A DNA stretch of 64,000 bases from Acidimicrobiia bacterium (GCA_965216495.1 OZ244163.1:96127-160126); one strand, 5' to 3'. Numbered from the stretch's first letter, positions 1 to 11,389 are shown. Notes: generated by a model from the letters alone, not told the origin. Numbers and translations: made by a program.

Positions 1-740
1 ACTGCCTTGCCTTCCATCACCGGCTTACTAGCCAAGGCTCCGATGTTGCCGAGGCCCAGTACCGCCGAACCGTTTGATACGACCGCAACCAAGTTGCCTC
101 GATTGGTGTATTTGAAAGCAGCATCTGGGTCGTCAGCTATGACCAGGCAAGGTTCTGCCACCCCTGGCGAGTAGGCCAACGTCAGGTCGTGTTGGGTCGC
201 GGTCGGCTTCGTGGAACGGATTTCGAGCTTGCCGGGACGCGGTTTTTCGTGATAGTCGAGGGCCTCGGAGAACCGAGGTTTGGTTGTCATACCATTGACC
301 TTATCGAACCCTCCCGAGTTCCCAACCCCACTTCAGAGCACGGACCTCAATCACAGGTCAAGGTGCGGAACAGACAGCTTGGTGCGACAATTGGGGCGTG
401 CTCGAGACAGACCTACCCATTCTCTCCACCAATGGATACAAGGTCCTCAACGGCTGGCGGGTAGGCCAGTCCCCCGAGGACACGACAACTCGATCCGGTT
501 TGCTAGTGCCCATCGGCACCAAGGATGGAAACGACGCGCTGGCACTTGTCGATGTAGAAACTGGCCAGCGATTCTGGGCGGTGCCCACCGGAGCGTGGAG
601 ATTCATCTGGCCACCAACGGGGCAACCCGTGATCGCCGTCCGCGAATCGCAAATCATCGCTGAAGAGGAACTCGAGCACGTCGGCGACGAGGGTCAGTAC
701 CTCTGAAATCCTCCGACATTGTCTCGAATCAGCGGCAACG

Positions 741-2099
741 ATGTGCCCACCACTTCGATCTATGACTGCTGAACATCAATCCCGCTCCCGCCGACGCCTG
801 ACAGCAACGGTCACCGACCTCGAGGTACAAGTCCAAAAGGCTTTCCTCATCGGTGTCCAGCTACCGGGCATGACTACCGACGAGGAAGAGCGTTCGCTCG
901 ACGAGCTTGAACTCCTCACAGACACTGCAGGCTCCGACCCAGTCGATCGCGAGTTGGTGAAACGAAACACAGTCGACCCGGCGACATACATTGGATCCGG
1001 CAAGGCCGACGAGTTGGCCAACCTGACGACCGCTCTCGACATCGACGTCGTCGTGTTCGACCAGAGCCTGACACCGGCACAGCAACGCAATCTTCAAAAG
1101 AAGTTCCAATGTGACGTGGTCGACAGGGAAGCTGTGATCCTCGACATCTTCGCTCAGCACGCCACATCGAAGATCGGAGCCATCCAAGTCGAGCTCGCTC
1201 TCCTTCGGTACAACTTGCCCAGATTGCGCGGCAAGGGCGTTCTCCTGTCCCAGCAGGGAGGTGGCCGCGGGGCAGGAGGCGGGATGGCCACTCGCGGTCC
1301 AGGTGAAACCAAGCTCGAAACCGACCGCCGCCGTGTTCTCCAACGCATCTCGAAACTCGAGCGACAGCTCGCTGAGTCCACCCGTCACAGAGAAACTCAA
1401 CGCAAGCAGCGGAAACGTTCGGACACTCCGCAGGTAGCCATTGTCGGGTACACCAATGCCGGTAAGTCCACCCTGCTCAACGCTCTTACCGATGCCGAAG
1501 CCCTCGTTGAGGACCAACTGTTCGCCACTCTGGACTCCACTGTTCGTCGTCTCGAGATACCCGATGGGCCCGACGTGGTTCTGGCCGACACTGTCGGCTT
1601 CGTCAGACGACTTCCACACCATCTAGTCGAGGCGTTCCGCTCCACTCTGACCGAGACAACTGAAGCCGACCTGCTGTTACATATCGTCGACGCAAGTGAC
1701 TCCGACCCGGCCGGTCAAATCTCAGCCGTTACTGAGGTTCTGGCTGAGATCGGAGCTGCAGAGATCGAACAACTGCTGGTGTTCAACAAGATCGACTTGG
1801 TCGATGAAACGCAGCGGACCCGGCTGTCCAACCTGTGGCCGGAGGCGGTTTTCATCTCCGCTCACACCGGGGAGGGCCTCGACTCCCTCTTGGAAAGCTT
1901 GTCAGATGGTCTCGCCAAAGGCCTCGTCGAGATGAGTCTGTTGGTCCCCTATCAGAACGGGGACGTTGTAGCGGCGGCACACCGCCTGGGAGAGGTGTTC
2001 GAAACGGCCCACGACGAGAACGGGACGAGACTCCACATAAGAGTGCCTGAACGACTGGTGGCGCGGTTCGCGGACTTCACCGACTCGCTGCCCGAATAG
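741..2099 (+). CDS. hflX: GTPase HflX
   Basis: G1 P-loop GYTNAGKSTLLNALT and G3 DTVGF motifs plus HflX-type N-terminal domain. The true start may be an internal Met near 762. Confidence 0.85.
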   Translation: MCPPLRSMTAEHQSRSRRRLTATVTDLEVQVQKAFLIGVQLPGMTTDEEERSLDELELLTDTAGSDPVDRELVKRNTVDPATYIGSGKADELANLTTALDIDVVVFDQSLTPAQQRNLQKKFQCDVVDREAVILDIFAQHATSKIGAIQVELALLRYNLPRLRGKGVLLSQQGGGRGAGGGMATRGPGETKLETDRRRVLQRISKLERQLAESTRHRETQRKQRKRSDTPQVAIVGYTNAGKSTLLNALTDAEALVEDQLFATLDSTVRRLEIPDGPDVVLADTVGFVRRLPHHLVEAFRSTLTETTEADLLLHIVDASDSDPAGQISAVTEVLAEIGAAEIEQLLVFNKIDLVDETQRTRLSNLWPEAVFISAHTGEGLDSLLESLSDGLAKGLVEMSLLVPYQNGDVVAAAHRLGEVFETAHDENGTRLHIRVPERLVARFADFTDSLPE

Positions 2100-2817
2100 C
2101 CGCTCCGACTATCCCAGCGTTGTTGCCCATGGTCGCTCGAACCACAGGCAGGGCAGCGTCGAGATGATGGCTGAATAGCTCCCAGCGTTTGGCGGCTCCA
2201 CCCCCGACCACGATTCGACGGGGACTGAACACACGGTCGATGTGACTGAGATAGCGGTTGGCGCGAAGTCCCCACTCATCCCAAGAGAGGTTCTCTCGCT
2301 TGCGGGCGCTGGCGGCGAAATGGTTTTCGGCCGGTACATGCCCGTCGAGCTCGATGACACCCAGCTCAACGTTCGGAGCGAGCACCCCGTCGATCACCAA
2401 GCCACTTCCAATCCCTGTGCCAAACGTGATCACGACTACCAGTCCGCTAGTGCCGCAGGCAGCCCCAAAGCTCACCTCGGCAATTGCCGCTGCGTCGGCG
2501 TCGTTGAGGACCGGAACAGTGCGCCCAAACAACTTCTCGAGTCGCTTCGCGAGGTTCACATCGATCCATGTGCGATCGATGTTCATGGCCGTCTCAACCA
2601 CGCCACGGCGCACAACCGCTGGGAAGCCCACCCCGGTCGGGCCGTGATGACCGAAGAAATCTCTCAGCTCCCCCAGCTGAGTCAGAACCGTTTCGGGAGT
2701 CGCCGGTTGGATTGTGTCAACGCGATAGCGATCGGTTACCAACTCGCCGGTCGTCGGGTCGACCAAAGCTGCCTTGATCCCTGACCCACCAATATCTATG
2801 CCTAAAACCTGAGTCAA
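2077..2817 (-). CDS. ppgK: polyphosphate/ATP glucokinase (ROK family)
   Basis: N-terminal LGIDIGGSGIK ROK/sugar-kinase ATPase motif. Size ~246 aa, divergent from gnd. Confidence 0.7.
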   Translation of the reverse strand: MTQVLGIDIGGSGIKAALVDPTTGELVTDRYRVDTIQPATPETVLTQLGELRDFFGHHGPTGVGFPAVVRRGVVETAMNIDRTWIDVNLAKRLEKLFGRTVPVLNDADAAAIAEVSFGAACGTSGLVVVITFGTGIGSGLVIDGVLAPNVELGVIELDGHVPAENHFAASARKRENLSWDEWGLRANRYLSHIDRVFSPRRIVVGGGAAKRWELFSHHLDAALPVVRATMGNNAGIVGAAIRAASR

Positions 2818-2864
2818 GTGCGCAAGGCTAAGCGGAAGCCACCAGAAGTAATAGCCTCAAGACT

Positions 2865-4274
2865 GTGAAACCTCGATCTGACATAGGGGTCATTGGCCTG
2901 GCGGTGATGGGAGCAAACCTCGCGCTCAACGTCGCCGAATCCGGAAATCGCGTGAGTGTCTACAACCGCACGACGTCTGTCACCCATGAGTTCATGGCTG
3001 GCGAGGCCTCGGAGTTCGACATGGTGGCGACTGAGAGCCTGGCGGACCTGGTCAACAGCCTGGAACGTCCGCGCAGAGTTCTCCTCATGGTCAAAGCAGG
3101 CGACCCGGTCGACTATGTGATCTCCGATCTCGTTCCGTTGCTCGACAAGGGCGACATAATCATCGACGCCGGAAACTCACTTTTCACAGACACCGACAGG
3201 CGTTATCGAGAGCTATCCGAACAGGGCATCAGTTTTCTCGGTGTAGGCGTTTCAGGAGGCGAAGAGGGAGCCCGTCGCGGACCGTCGATAATGCCGGGGG
3301 GCGACCCCGAAGCGTGGCCCCACGTCGAACAGATGCTTAAGGGGATCGCTGCCGTTGCCTCCGATGGCAGCCCGTGCTGCGAATGGGTAGGGCCTGGTGG
3401 TGCAGGCCACTTCGTCAAGATGGTCCACAACGGCATCGAATATGGCGACATGCAGGTGATCGCCGAGGCTTACGACCTGATGAGAAGGGGAATGGGGCTC
3501 GACACCGATTCGCTAGCCGATGTATTCGCTGATTGGAATCGTGACCGGCTGGAGTCGTATCTCATCGAGATCAGTGCCGACATCCTTGCCACCAAGGTCG
3601 ACGGTGAAGCTCTTATCGACAAGATCCTCGACGCCGCCGGCCAGAAGGGAACCGGCAAATGGACGGTTATCGCCTCAATGGAAGCTGGTCAACCAACAAC
3701 CCTGGTTGCCGAGGCGGTCTACGCCCGTATCGTAAGCTCGGACCCCGACCGGAGAGCACGAGCCGCCGATCTGTTTCCCTCGCCAATCGGATCCATAGAT
3801 GCCTCGGTCGAAGACATAGAGTCCGCGCTCTACGCGTCGAAGATCGTGTCGTATGCCCAGGGATTCAGGCTTCTGGCCTCAGCCAGCGAGGAGCACAACT
3901 GGAATCTCGATCTGGGGTCGATCGCTGGCCTGTGGCGGGCTGGTTGCATCATCCGGGCCGTATTCCTCGAAGACATCACCGCTGCCTACCTGGCCAACCC
4001 TGATTTGGCTGACCTGATGGAGGCCGAGTTCTTCGCCGACGCGTTGAAGGATGCGGAGCCGGCATGGCGCCGAGTCGTAGCCTCCGCCGTTTCAGCGGGA
4101 ATCCCAGCTCCCGCCTACGCAACGGCCCTCGCCTACTTCGACGGAATGCGGTCGAAGCGGGTTCCGGCCGATCTCATCCAGGCACAGCGGGACTACTTCG
4201 GCGCCCACACCTTCGAACGGATTGATCGTCCCCGAGGTGAGTTCTTCCACCACGACTGGTCTCCGGACGACTGA
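2865..4274 (+). CDS. gnd: 6-phosphogluconate dehydrogenase (decarboxylating)
   Basis: N-terminal GVIGLAVMGANLALN Rossmann motif and full-length 469 aa 6PGDH-like sequence. Confidence 0.9.
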   Translation: MKPRSDIGVIGLAVMGANLALNVAESGNRVSVYNRTTSVTHEFMAGEASEFDMVATESLADLVNSLERPRRVLLMVKAGDPVDYVISDLVPLLDKGDIIIDAGNSLFTDTDRRYRELSEQGISFLGVGVSGGEEGARRGPSIMPGGDPEAWPHVEQMLKGIAAVASDGSPCCEWVGPGGAGHFVKMVHNGIEYGDMQVIAEAYDLMRRGMGLDTDSLADVFADWNRDRLESYLIEISADILATKVDGEALIDKILDAAGQKGTGKWTVIASMEAGQPTTLVAEAVYARIVSSDPDRRARAADLFPSPIGSIDASVEDIESALYASKIVSYAQGFRLLASASEEHNWNLDLGSIAGLWRAGCIIRAVFLEDITAAYLANPDLADLMEAEFFADALKDAEPAWRRVVASAVSAGIPAPAYATALAYFDGMRSKRVPADLIQAQRDYFGAHTFERIDRPRGEFFHHDWSPDD

Positions 4275-5420
4275 TCAGGCTGGACCTTCGGTTGGTCCTG
4301 TCTGATTGGCTACATCTTCTTCCAGGAGAGTTGCCAAGGTCGCTCCGTTGGCCTTGAGCTGTTGCCTGAAGCCCTCGGCCACCTCATCAGTCCATTCAGC
4401 CTTGGCTGCGTCCCCATTGATTTGGATCCGAATCCGCAATTCGCTCCCCTTCTGGCCCAGATCAGTGAACTCGTAGGTGTGACGATGGAAACTGCCTTCA
4501 CCCAAGTGAGGGAATGAGTACTCGGTGGTCAGGTACGAAAAGGGCTGCCAATCGGCAATGTGCTCGATAATCAGGTCAGGTCCGTGCATGCAATGATTGA
4601 CTGTCCCAACCTGGATTCTTCCCGGCGTCTGTTGCTCGAAACTGTCGATCGAGGCGTTCCACAAAGCGCGCTTCGCCGGATTCGTGATGTACTCCCACAC
4701 CGCTTCTTTTGGGGCAGCGAACTGCCTGGTCTCACTCAGATCCGCGTCTGTCTCAGTGATATAGACCCGGTTTCGCTCTAGTTCGAAGGCCCATCTGTTG
4801 GCGAGGTCGGCCACGTAGACCTCGACCTCACCCACATCTGAAACGTTCTCGGTGAACTTTACGAAGCCCAGAATCTCGGCATTCATCCCGAACTCCTCGA
4901 AGGTGCGCGCGGTGTACACCGCATAAGCCGGTTGCCCGAAAGCCGAGCCAGCATCCCCCTTCATCAGGCGATGAACCAGGATCACGTCTGTTCCGGTGAG
5001 CTCCTCAGTGCCCGCAATCCGGCGCACACCGAACTCCCCGTGGTGGACAAAGTACTTGAGGTCGAGTTGGGGGATCAGAACACACGCGTCGCATTCACAG
5101 CTCGTTGCGTTGTCGATATCACGCAACCGTCGCTTGAAGGCGAAGTAGCCGGCTTCGACTGTGTCGAGGATGATCGTTGGACTGACGGATCCGTCACGGG
5201 CGTAGGCAAATGCGGCGTCTCCTTCGAGCTTCGAGAGAGTAAACGTCGGAGCCAGGGTGGCTACGAGTGTCTCTAAGAGGTCAGCCAAAACGTCCTGAGC
5301 GTGCTCAAGCTCCGTCGCCTGGAGGTAGCGCGTATATCCCGAGATGTCGGCGAGCAGCAGACAGCCACTTTCAGTCTGGGTGAGTGTTTGCACGGAATCG
5401 CAGGATAACGCTGGAGGCAA
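4275..5420 (-). CDS. hypothetical protein with C-terminal SRPBCC (AHSA1/polyketide-cyclase-like) domain
   Basis: 381 aa ORF. The C-terminal ~150 aa have the SRPBCC-like pattern; the N-terminal domain was not recognised. Confidence 0.45.
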   Translation of the reverse strand: MPPALSCDSVQTLTQTESGCLLLADISGYTRYLQATELEHAQDVLADLLETLVATLAPTFTLSKLEGDAAFAYARDGSVSPTIILDTVEAGYFAFKRRLRDIDNATSCECDACVLIPQLDLKYFVHHGEFGVRRIAGTEELTGTDVILVHRLMKGDAGSAFGQPAYAVYTARTFEEFGMNAEILGFVKFTENVSDVGEVEVYVADLANRWAFELERNRVYITETDADLSETRQFAAPKEAVWEYITNPAKRALWNASIDSFEQQTPGRIQVGTVNHCMHGPDLIIEHIADWQPFSYLTTEYSFPHLGEGSFHRHTYEFTDLGQKGSELRIRIQINGDAAKAEWTDEVAEGFRQQLKANGATLATLLEEDVANQTGPTEGPA

Positions 5421-5464
5421 AGCCTCGCTTGAAGGCCCGATTCAGGACCAGTGAGCCCGGCCTC

Positions 5465-6691
5465 TCAAGCTGGAGGTGTGCCAGGAATCTCGATGGGTGG
5501 TCCCGACACGAATTTCGGGTCGCCGGCGTCGGCCGCTTCGACGAAATCGCGTTTCACGCCCATCAAGAACAGCACCGCGTCCAAATAGGGCACCGAGACC
5601 GATGTATCGGCATTCTCACGGACAATCGGCTTGGCGTTGAAAGCGATACCAAGGCCAGCGGCCGCCAACATGTCGAGGTCGTTGGCGCCATCCCCCACGG
5701 CAACCACCTGGTCAGTAGTGATGCCTTCCTTCGCTGCAAGATCTCGGAGAAATTTCGCCTTGCGGGGGCCGTCAACCAGCTCACCGGTCAGTCTCCCCGT
5801 CAGCTTCCCCTCTACAACCTCAAGCGTGTTCGACAGGGAGTGATCAATCCCGAGGTTCTCAGCCAGCTCGTCAGCAAACTGGGTGAAGCCAGCCGACACT
5901 ATGGCCGTAGTCAGGCCCATTCGCCTGAGTGTCCTGATGAAGGTTCTCGCTCCAGGCGAGGGGTTGATCCGACGGCGAACCTTTATCAAGGCATCCTCGC
6001 CCAAACCCTGCAGTAGTGAGACCCTCTGACGCAACGACTGCTCGAAGTCGATCTCCCCTCGCATCGCCGCCGTGGTGATCGAGGCGACCTTCTCCCCAAC
6101 ACCGGCCTCATCGGCCAGCAGATTGATGACCTCGTTCTCGATCAGCGTCGAGTCGACGTCCATGATCACGAGTCGCTTAGACCACCTACCGAGACCTTCC
6201 GCCTGGATGGCAATGTCCATCGGGTTGGCCGAGGCCACGTCGATCAATGCCTTACGGATCTTTTCGATGTCGCCACCCGACACCGCCAGTTCGTATGACA
6301 CGACCGGGTATCGGGAAAGCCGAAAGATCCTCTCGATGTTGCCTTCGCCCTGGGCGATGGCCGTCGCCACTGCACCGAAATCCTCGGGCCCGATACGTGG
6401 AGCCAAGATGGTCACGGCACTTATGTTCTTGACCGGCGAGGGAACCGGCTCAACGACCTCGAAATCGATGTGAAGTCCGCGCTCCCAACCGAACATCAGC
6501 AGGTCGCGAATCGTCGCCTTCTCTCCCTCGACTCCAATCAATACGTTCAGGGTGAGCCGCCCCCTGACAACGATCTGCTCGACGTCGTAGACCTCGGCTC
6601 CGGTTAAGGCGAGTACCTCCATGAGACCAGCGGAGATTCCAGGCTTATCCGGCCCGTGGACCGAAACCAGGATCGTTGAGTGCTCAGACAC
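5465..6691 (-). CDS. serB: phosphoserine phosphatase SerB with N-terminal ACT domains
   Basis: HAD motif I (VIMDVDSTLI), DGANDL motif III, and two N-terminal ACT-like repeats as in actinobacterial SerB2. Confidence 0.85.
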   Translation of the reverse strand: MSEHSTILVSVHGPDKPGISAGLMEVLALTGAEVYDVEQIVVRGRLTLNVLIGVEGEKATIRDLLMFGWERGLHIDFEVVEPVPSPVKNISAVTILAPRIGPEDFGAVATAIAQGEGNIERIFRLSRYPVVSYELAVSGGDIEKIRKALIDVASANPMDIAIQAEGLGRWSKRLVIMDVDSTLIENEVINLLADEAGVGEKVASITTAAMRGEIDFEQSLRQRVSLLQGLGEDALIKVRRRINPSPGARTFIRTLRRMGLTTAIVSAGFTQFADELAENLGIDHSLSNTLEVVEGKLTGRLTGELVDGPRKAKFLRDLAAKEGITTDQVVAVGDGANDLDMLAAAGLGIAFNAKPIVRENADTSVSVPYLDAVLFLMGVKRDFVEAADAGDPKFVSGPPIEIPGTPPA

Positions 6692-6794
6692 ACCGCAAGG
6701 CTAGGTCGCGAGGGCCCGAAAACCCATATCGCAAGGGTCTTTCTCAACGTTTACGGGTACCATCGGCCAGCCGCAACAACGTAAGGAATCAGCC

Positions 6795-9332
6795 TTGTCC
6801 GAAAACCCGTTTCGACTGCCGAGGTTCGCTCGGCCGAGCCACTACGACATTCGACTAGATCTCGATCTCGACCACTTCACCTTCAACGGCGCGGTCGGGG
6901 TCGACCTCGTCCTCGACAAGCAGACTGATCACATCGTCATGAACGCCGCCGAGATCGACTTGAAGTCGGCAGCCTTCGCAGACGGCCCCGTCATCTCAGA
7001 GATCACCTATGACTCCGACCTCGAGATGGTGACTTTGAAGCTCGCAGAGCCAGCCGCTCCGGGCAACTATCGGCTGGAGATCGAGCACACCGGAACGATC
7101 AACGATCAGCTCAGGGGGCTCTATCGATCGACGTACACCGACCGTGATGGTGTCGAGCACGTGTTGGCAACGTCGCAATGTCAGGCCACTGATGCCCGAC
7201 GAGTCATTCCGTGCTGGGACGAGCCGGATTTCAAGGCGACCTACCAAACGACCATGGTGGTCGATGCGAGCCTCGAGGCGTACTCGAATACCTCCGAGAT
7301 CGGCCGAAGTGACCTGGGCAACGGTCGTATGGAGGTCAGGTTCGCCAAGACGATGAAGATGTCGACATACCTGCTGGCATTCATTGCAGGGCCCTTCGAG
7401 GCAACCGAGCCGCAAATCGTCAAGGGCACCCCCACCCGCATCATCGTCCCCCGCGGAAACCTCCATCTCACTGATATTGCAATGGAAAACGCGGTCTTCT
7501 GCCTGGAATACCTATCCGACTACTACGACATCCCGTACCCCGGCGACAAGTTGGATCACATCGCCATACCTGACTTTGCTGCCGGAGCGATGGAAAACGT
7601 TGGACTGATCACCTACCGCGACACCTACTTGGTCATCGACCCAGAAACGGCAAGCCAGGGAGAGAAACAGAACAGCCTCGACGTAATCGGACACGAGATC
7701 GCCCACCAGTGGTTCGGCAACTTGGTCACGATGGAATGGTGGGAGGGAGCCTGGCTCAACGAGGCCTTTGCAAGCTTCATGGAGTTGAAGGCGACCGATG
7801 CCATGCGTCCTGAATGGAAACGCTGGTTGGCCTTTGCCAATCTCGAGGTCCCCTGGGCAATGGGAACCGACCAGTTGGCGTCCACCCGACCCATTGAGTT
7901 CGCGGTAACTGCACCCGAAGAGGTCGAGCAGATGTTCGACGCCATCACCTATGGCAAGGGATCTGCCGTGCTCCACATGCTCGACGAGTTCATCGGAGTC
8001 GAGAACTTCAGGCAGGGAGTGGGCAACTATCTGCGCAAACACTCTTACTCGAACACCGTGACGAATCACCTGTGGGAGGGACTGGACGGTGCGTCTGAAT
8101 ACCCGGTGTCCGAGATCATGAACACATGGGTGTATCAGCGCGGGTTCCCCCAGATTGACGTGTCGCGAGTCGACGGAGGAGTCAAGCTCAGCCAACGTCG
8201 GTATCTGGTTATCCCAGACGAGACCGACACCACCATCTGGAAGGTACCGATCCAGCTACGAGGCGTGGCTGATGGCAAGGCGTTCTCGACACGCTTCCTT
8301 CTCGAAGACGACGAGGGAATCGTTGCGCTCGGTGACAACGTCGAGTGGGTCACCGCCAATGCCGGTGGTCATGGGTTCTATCGAACGAGATACGACGAGG
8401 GGACTTTTGCCAGGCTCCTCGACAATGTAGGCGACCTCAATGAAAACGAGCGATACGCCTTGGTTTCGGACACTCTCGGCTTCGTTCGGAGCAGCCAAGT
8501 TCCAGCGGAGGCGTTCCTCGACCTTGTATCCCAATTCGAGAACGAGGAAGAGCAGGCGATCTGGTCAGTCATAATCGGTGGTCTGGGAAATATCGAGCAC
8601 CATGCCCTGGACGAAGCGGCTCGACCCGGATTCCAAGCCTTCGTCTCGTCGCTCGTTGGTCCAGCTCTCGGTCACCTCGGGTGGGACACCAAAGAGGGAG
8701 AGACCGACCTCCAGCGCAAATTGCGCGGTGACCTCATCTCAACGATGGGGAACCTCGCCCGGGACGCGGACACCATCGCCAAGTGTGGCGAGATCGCTCA
8801 GCGACTGATCGCAGGAGAACCAACCGATCCCGAGGTTTCGAACGCCTCACTGGCGGTGTTTGCCCGCAACGGCGGTCCCGAGGAGTACGCGATTTTGTGG
8901 CAGGCCTATAAGGACGCGACAACTCCGCTGGACCAGGCGCGCTATCTCAGGTCAGTAGCAGCAGTGGCCACAGAGCCAGAGGCGTTGTCAACACTCGAAA
9001 AGGTGCTTGCCGGAGATGTCCGGAGTCAGGACTCCTTCTGGGTCTTCGCGCGACTTCTCGCCGGTGATTCAGGGCCCGACGTTTGGGCCGACGCCCGAAC
9101 AAAGTGGGACGATGTTCTCAACTCCATGCCGGGGATGACTCGCACCAGAGTGGTCGAGGGAATACCAGCACTTTCTCAACCAGAAGTGGCGGCCGACGTG
9201 AAGGGATTCTTCGCCGAGCACCCACTACATGAGGCGGCGCGTGTGTTGGAGCAGAAGCTGGAGATGCTCACCGCCAACGTCAAGCTCCGGGAACGCGAGA
9301 CCGATCGAGTCACGGCCTACTTCACCCGCTGA
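6795..9332 (+). CDS. pepN: aminopeptidase N (M1 family metallopeptidase)
   Basis: GAMEN motif and HEIAHQWFGN...E zinc-binding signature; 845 aa. Confidence 0.9.
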   Translation: MSENPFRLPRFARPSHYDIRLDLDLDHFTFNGAVGVDLVLDKQTDHIVMNAAEIDLKSAAFADGPVISEITYDSDLEMVTLKLAEPAAPGNYRLEIEHTGTINDQLRGLYRSTYTDRDGVEHVLATSQCQATDARRVIPCWDEPDFKATYQTTMVVDASLEAYSNTSEIGRSDLGNGRMEVRFAKTMKMSTYLLAFIAGPFEATEPQIVKGTPTRIIVPRGNLHLTDIAMENAVFCLEYLSDYYDIPYPGDKLDHIAIPDFAAGAMENVGLITYRDTYLVIDPETASQGEKQNSLDVIGHEIAHQWFGNLVTMEWWEGAWLNEAFASFMELKATDAMRPEWKRWLAFANLEVPWAMGTDQLASTRPIEFAVTAPEEVEQMFDAITYGKGSAVLHMLDEFIGVENFRQGVGNYLRKHSYSNTVTNHLWEGLDGASEYPVSEIMNTWVYQRGFPQIDVSRVDGGVKLSQRRYLVIPDETDTTIWKVPIQLRGVADGKAFSTRFLLEDDEGIVALGDNVEWVTANAGGHGFYRTRYDEGTFARLLDNVGDLNENERYALVSDTLGFVRSSQVPAEAFLDLVSQFENEEEQAIWSVIIGGLGNIEHHALDEAARPGFQAFVSSLVGPALGHLGWDTKEGETDLQRKLRGDLISTMGNLARDADTIAKCGEIAQRLIAGEPTDPEVSNASLAVFARNGGPEEYAILWQAYKDATTPLDQARYLRSVAAVATEPEALSTLEKVLAGDVRSQDSFWVFARLLAGDSGPDVWADARTKWDDVLNSMPGMTRTRVVEGIPALSQPEVAADVKGFFAEHPLHEAARVLEQKLEMLTANVKLRERETDRVTAYFTR

Positions 9333-9352
9333 CTCTGCCAGCCAAGATAAGA

Positions 9353-9384
9353 AAAGGGCCGGTGCGTTGCACCGGCCCTTTTCA
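9353..9384. terminator. bidirectional hairpin terminator between convergent pepN and rplL
   Basis: Perfect inverted repeat AAAAGGGCCGGTGC-GTT-GCACCGGCCCTTTT. Confidence 0.6.
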
Positions 9385-9403
9385 ATTGGATAGTTGTGCT
9401 GAG

Positions 9404-9793
9404 CTACTTCAGCTCGATCTCCGCACCGGCACCCTCCAAGGTTTCCTTGGCCTTGTTGGCGGTCTCTTCGTCCACACCTTCGAGGACGGCGACCGGGGCA
9501 CTCTCGACGAGATCCTTGGCCTCTTTGAGACCGAGGCTCGTCAGGCCACGGACTTCCTTGATCACCTGGATCTTGGAAGACCCGGCTGAGGTCAACATGA
9601 CGTCGAACTCGTCCTTGGCCTCATCAGCGGCAGCGGCATCTCCGCCACCAGCACCGGGGGCTGCGGCAACGGCGACCGGAGCGGCAGCCGTCACATCGAA
9701 CTTCTCCTCGAAGGCATCGAGGAAGTCCTTGAGCTCGAGCACGGTCATCTCTTCGAACGTGCTGAGAAGCTCCTCAGTGGTCATCTTTGCCAT
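9404..9793 (-). CDS. rplL: 50S ribosomal protein L7/L12
   Basis: [10 protein letters not shown]...LKEAKDLVE...; 129 aa, typical L7/L12. Confidence 0.95.
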   Translation of the reverse strand: MAKMTTEELLSTFEEMTVLELKDFLDAFEEKFDVTAAAPVAVAAAPGAGGGDAAAADEAKDEFDVMLTSAGSSKIQVIKEVRGLTSLGLKEAKDLVESAPVAVLEGVDEETANKAKETLEGAGAEIELK

Positions 9794-9795
9794 TT

Positions 9796-10404
9796 CTATT
9801 CCTCCTCGGCCTTGCCGGCCGCGGCATCGCTGGGCTCGTCGGCGGGAAGAGTGGCCTCATCGGCACTTCCTCCACCTACAAACTCACCCGACTCTTTTTT
9901 GTCCAGTAGCTGTGAAAACATTGAGGCGGCGTTGCGGTTGAACGACGCAAACATGCCCGCCGCTTTGAACAGTGGCGCTTTGGCGCCACCGGCGATCTTG
10001 GCGAGAAGCACTTCTCGCGGCTCGATCTCAGCGAGCTTGGAAACCTCTTCTGGTGAGAGAACCTCACCCGACAGGTAACCGGCCTTGAGCACAAAGACCT
10101 CGTTGTCTTTCGAGAAATCCTTGAGGGCCTTAGCCGTTGCCACTGGATCGTCCTTGGCAAAAGCAAGTGCTGTCGGTCCGGCGAAGAACTCATCGAGCCC
10201 TTCGATTCCCGCGTCACCTGCAGCCAGGCGGGCCAGCGTCATCTTCACGACCTTGTAGTCGGCTCCACTGTTACGTAGAGCGTTCCTCAGGTCCTGAATC
10301 GCCTGCACCGAAAGACCCCGATACTCGGTGACAAACACCGCCTCGGCACCTTCCAGCCCTTCTCGAATGTCTTTTACAGCTTGGACCTTTTCTGGTCTTG
10401 CCAT
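9796..10404 (-). CDS. rplJ: 50S ribosomal protein L10
   Basis: [15 protein letters not shown]...; immediately upstream of rplL. Confidence 0.9.
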   Translation of the reverse strand: MARPEKVQAVKDIREGLEGAEAVFVTEYRGLSVQAIQDLRNALRNSGADYKVVKMTLARLAAGDAGIEGLDEFFAGPTALAFAKDDPVATAKALKDFSKDNEVFVLKAGYLSGEVLSPEEVSKLAEIEPREVLLAKIAGGAKAPLFKAAGMFASFNRNAASMFSQLLDKKESGEFVGGGSADEATLPADEPSDAAAGKAEEE

Positions 10405-10585
10405 TGCGTCTCCCTAGACATCAATAAAGCCCCTCGCCAAAGACAGAGGAGCTTCGAAAAGCGAACCTACGCAGGCGGGTGAACCCTTTAAGACGAGCAC
10501 CGGCGGTCTTCGGCCGAGGTATTGGAGTTGCGATGGAGATTGTACTTGGCGGGCGCTGAAGGGCAATTCGGGCCATAATGTCGAC
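10405..10585 (-). promoter_or_regulatory. putative rplJ leader / promoter region (candidate L10 autoregulatory leader)
   Basis: 181-nt untranslated region upstream of rplJ. No structure was verified. Confidence 0.25.
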
Positions 10586-11389
10586 ATGATCAGCGGCCAC
10601 GCAAGCAGTGGAGCAGCGGAGCTGTATTACGAAGACGAGGGGGACGGAAGCCCCGCTCTATTCATCCATGCCGGTGTGGCCGACTCCCGCATGTGGAAAC
10701 ACCAGATGGATTTGGGGGGGGTGCGCTCCGTAGCTTTCGACCAGCGTGGATTCGGCAAGACGGCGATGGTTGAGGAGCCATATGCCGACTGGAAGGACGC
10801 CGTGGCCGTCCTCGACGAGCTGGGCATCGATAAGGCCAACATCGTGGGATGTTCTCTCGGTGGGAGCATCGCGCTTCATCTGGCGATCGCGGCTCCTGAG
10901 AGAGTCAACTCCCTGGTCCTCATCGGTGCCGCGGCCGGGGGTTGGGAACCGATCGGCGGCTGGCCCGAGGATCCCCTCTGGGACGAAGCCATGACTGCAT
11001 TCAAAGAGGGAAACCTGACAAAGGTGATCGACATTGATGCTCAACTCTGGTTGGCCGGGCCACGCCGATCGCTCGGCGACATCGACCCTGGCCTGATCTC
11101 GCTGTTCCGGGACATGGATCGCATCGCCATGGGCACAGAGGAAAGGCGAAGAGAGTTCGTAGAGCGGTTCGAGCCACCCACCAACGATCGACTCGACTCA
11201 ATCTCCGTCCCCACATTGGCAGTGGTCGGTGAGTTCGACGTGCCCGACCTCATTGAATCGACCCACTACTTGGCTGAGAAGCTGAGCGACATCCCTCCGG
11301 TCGTCATTCCAAGGGCAGCCCATTTGCCTAGCCTCGAAGAGCCAGACGTCTTCAACCAGGCACTGTTGGGCTTCCTGTCGACCGTCTGA
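10586..11389 (+). CDS. alpha/beta-fold hydrolase
   Basis: GCSLGGSIALHLA nucleophile-elbow motif; 267 aa. Lies on the opposite strand between rplA and rplJ. Confidence 0.7.
   Translation: MISGHASSGAAELYYEDEGDGSPALFIHAGVADSRMWKHQMDLGGVRSVAFDQRGFGKTAMVEEPYADWKDAVAVLDELGIDKANIVGCSLGGSIALHLAIAAPERVNSLVLIGAAAGGWEPIGGWPEDPLWDEAMTAFKEGNLTKVIDIDAQLWLAGPRRSLGDIDPGLISLFRDMDRIAMGTEERRREFVERFEPPTNDRLDSISVPTLAVVGEFDVPDLIESTHYLAEKLSDIPPVVIPRAAHLPSLEEPDVFNQALLGFLSTV

Noticed and set aside
7512-8195. 227-aa minus-strand ORF
   Set aside because: Antisense to pepN; spurious. The 861..1622 minus-strand ORF inside hflX is likewise spurious.
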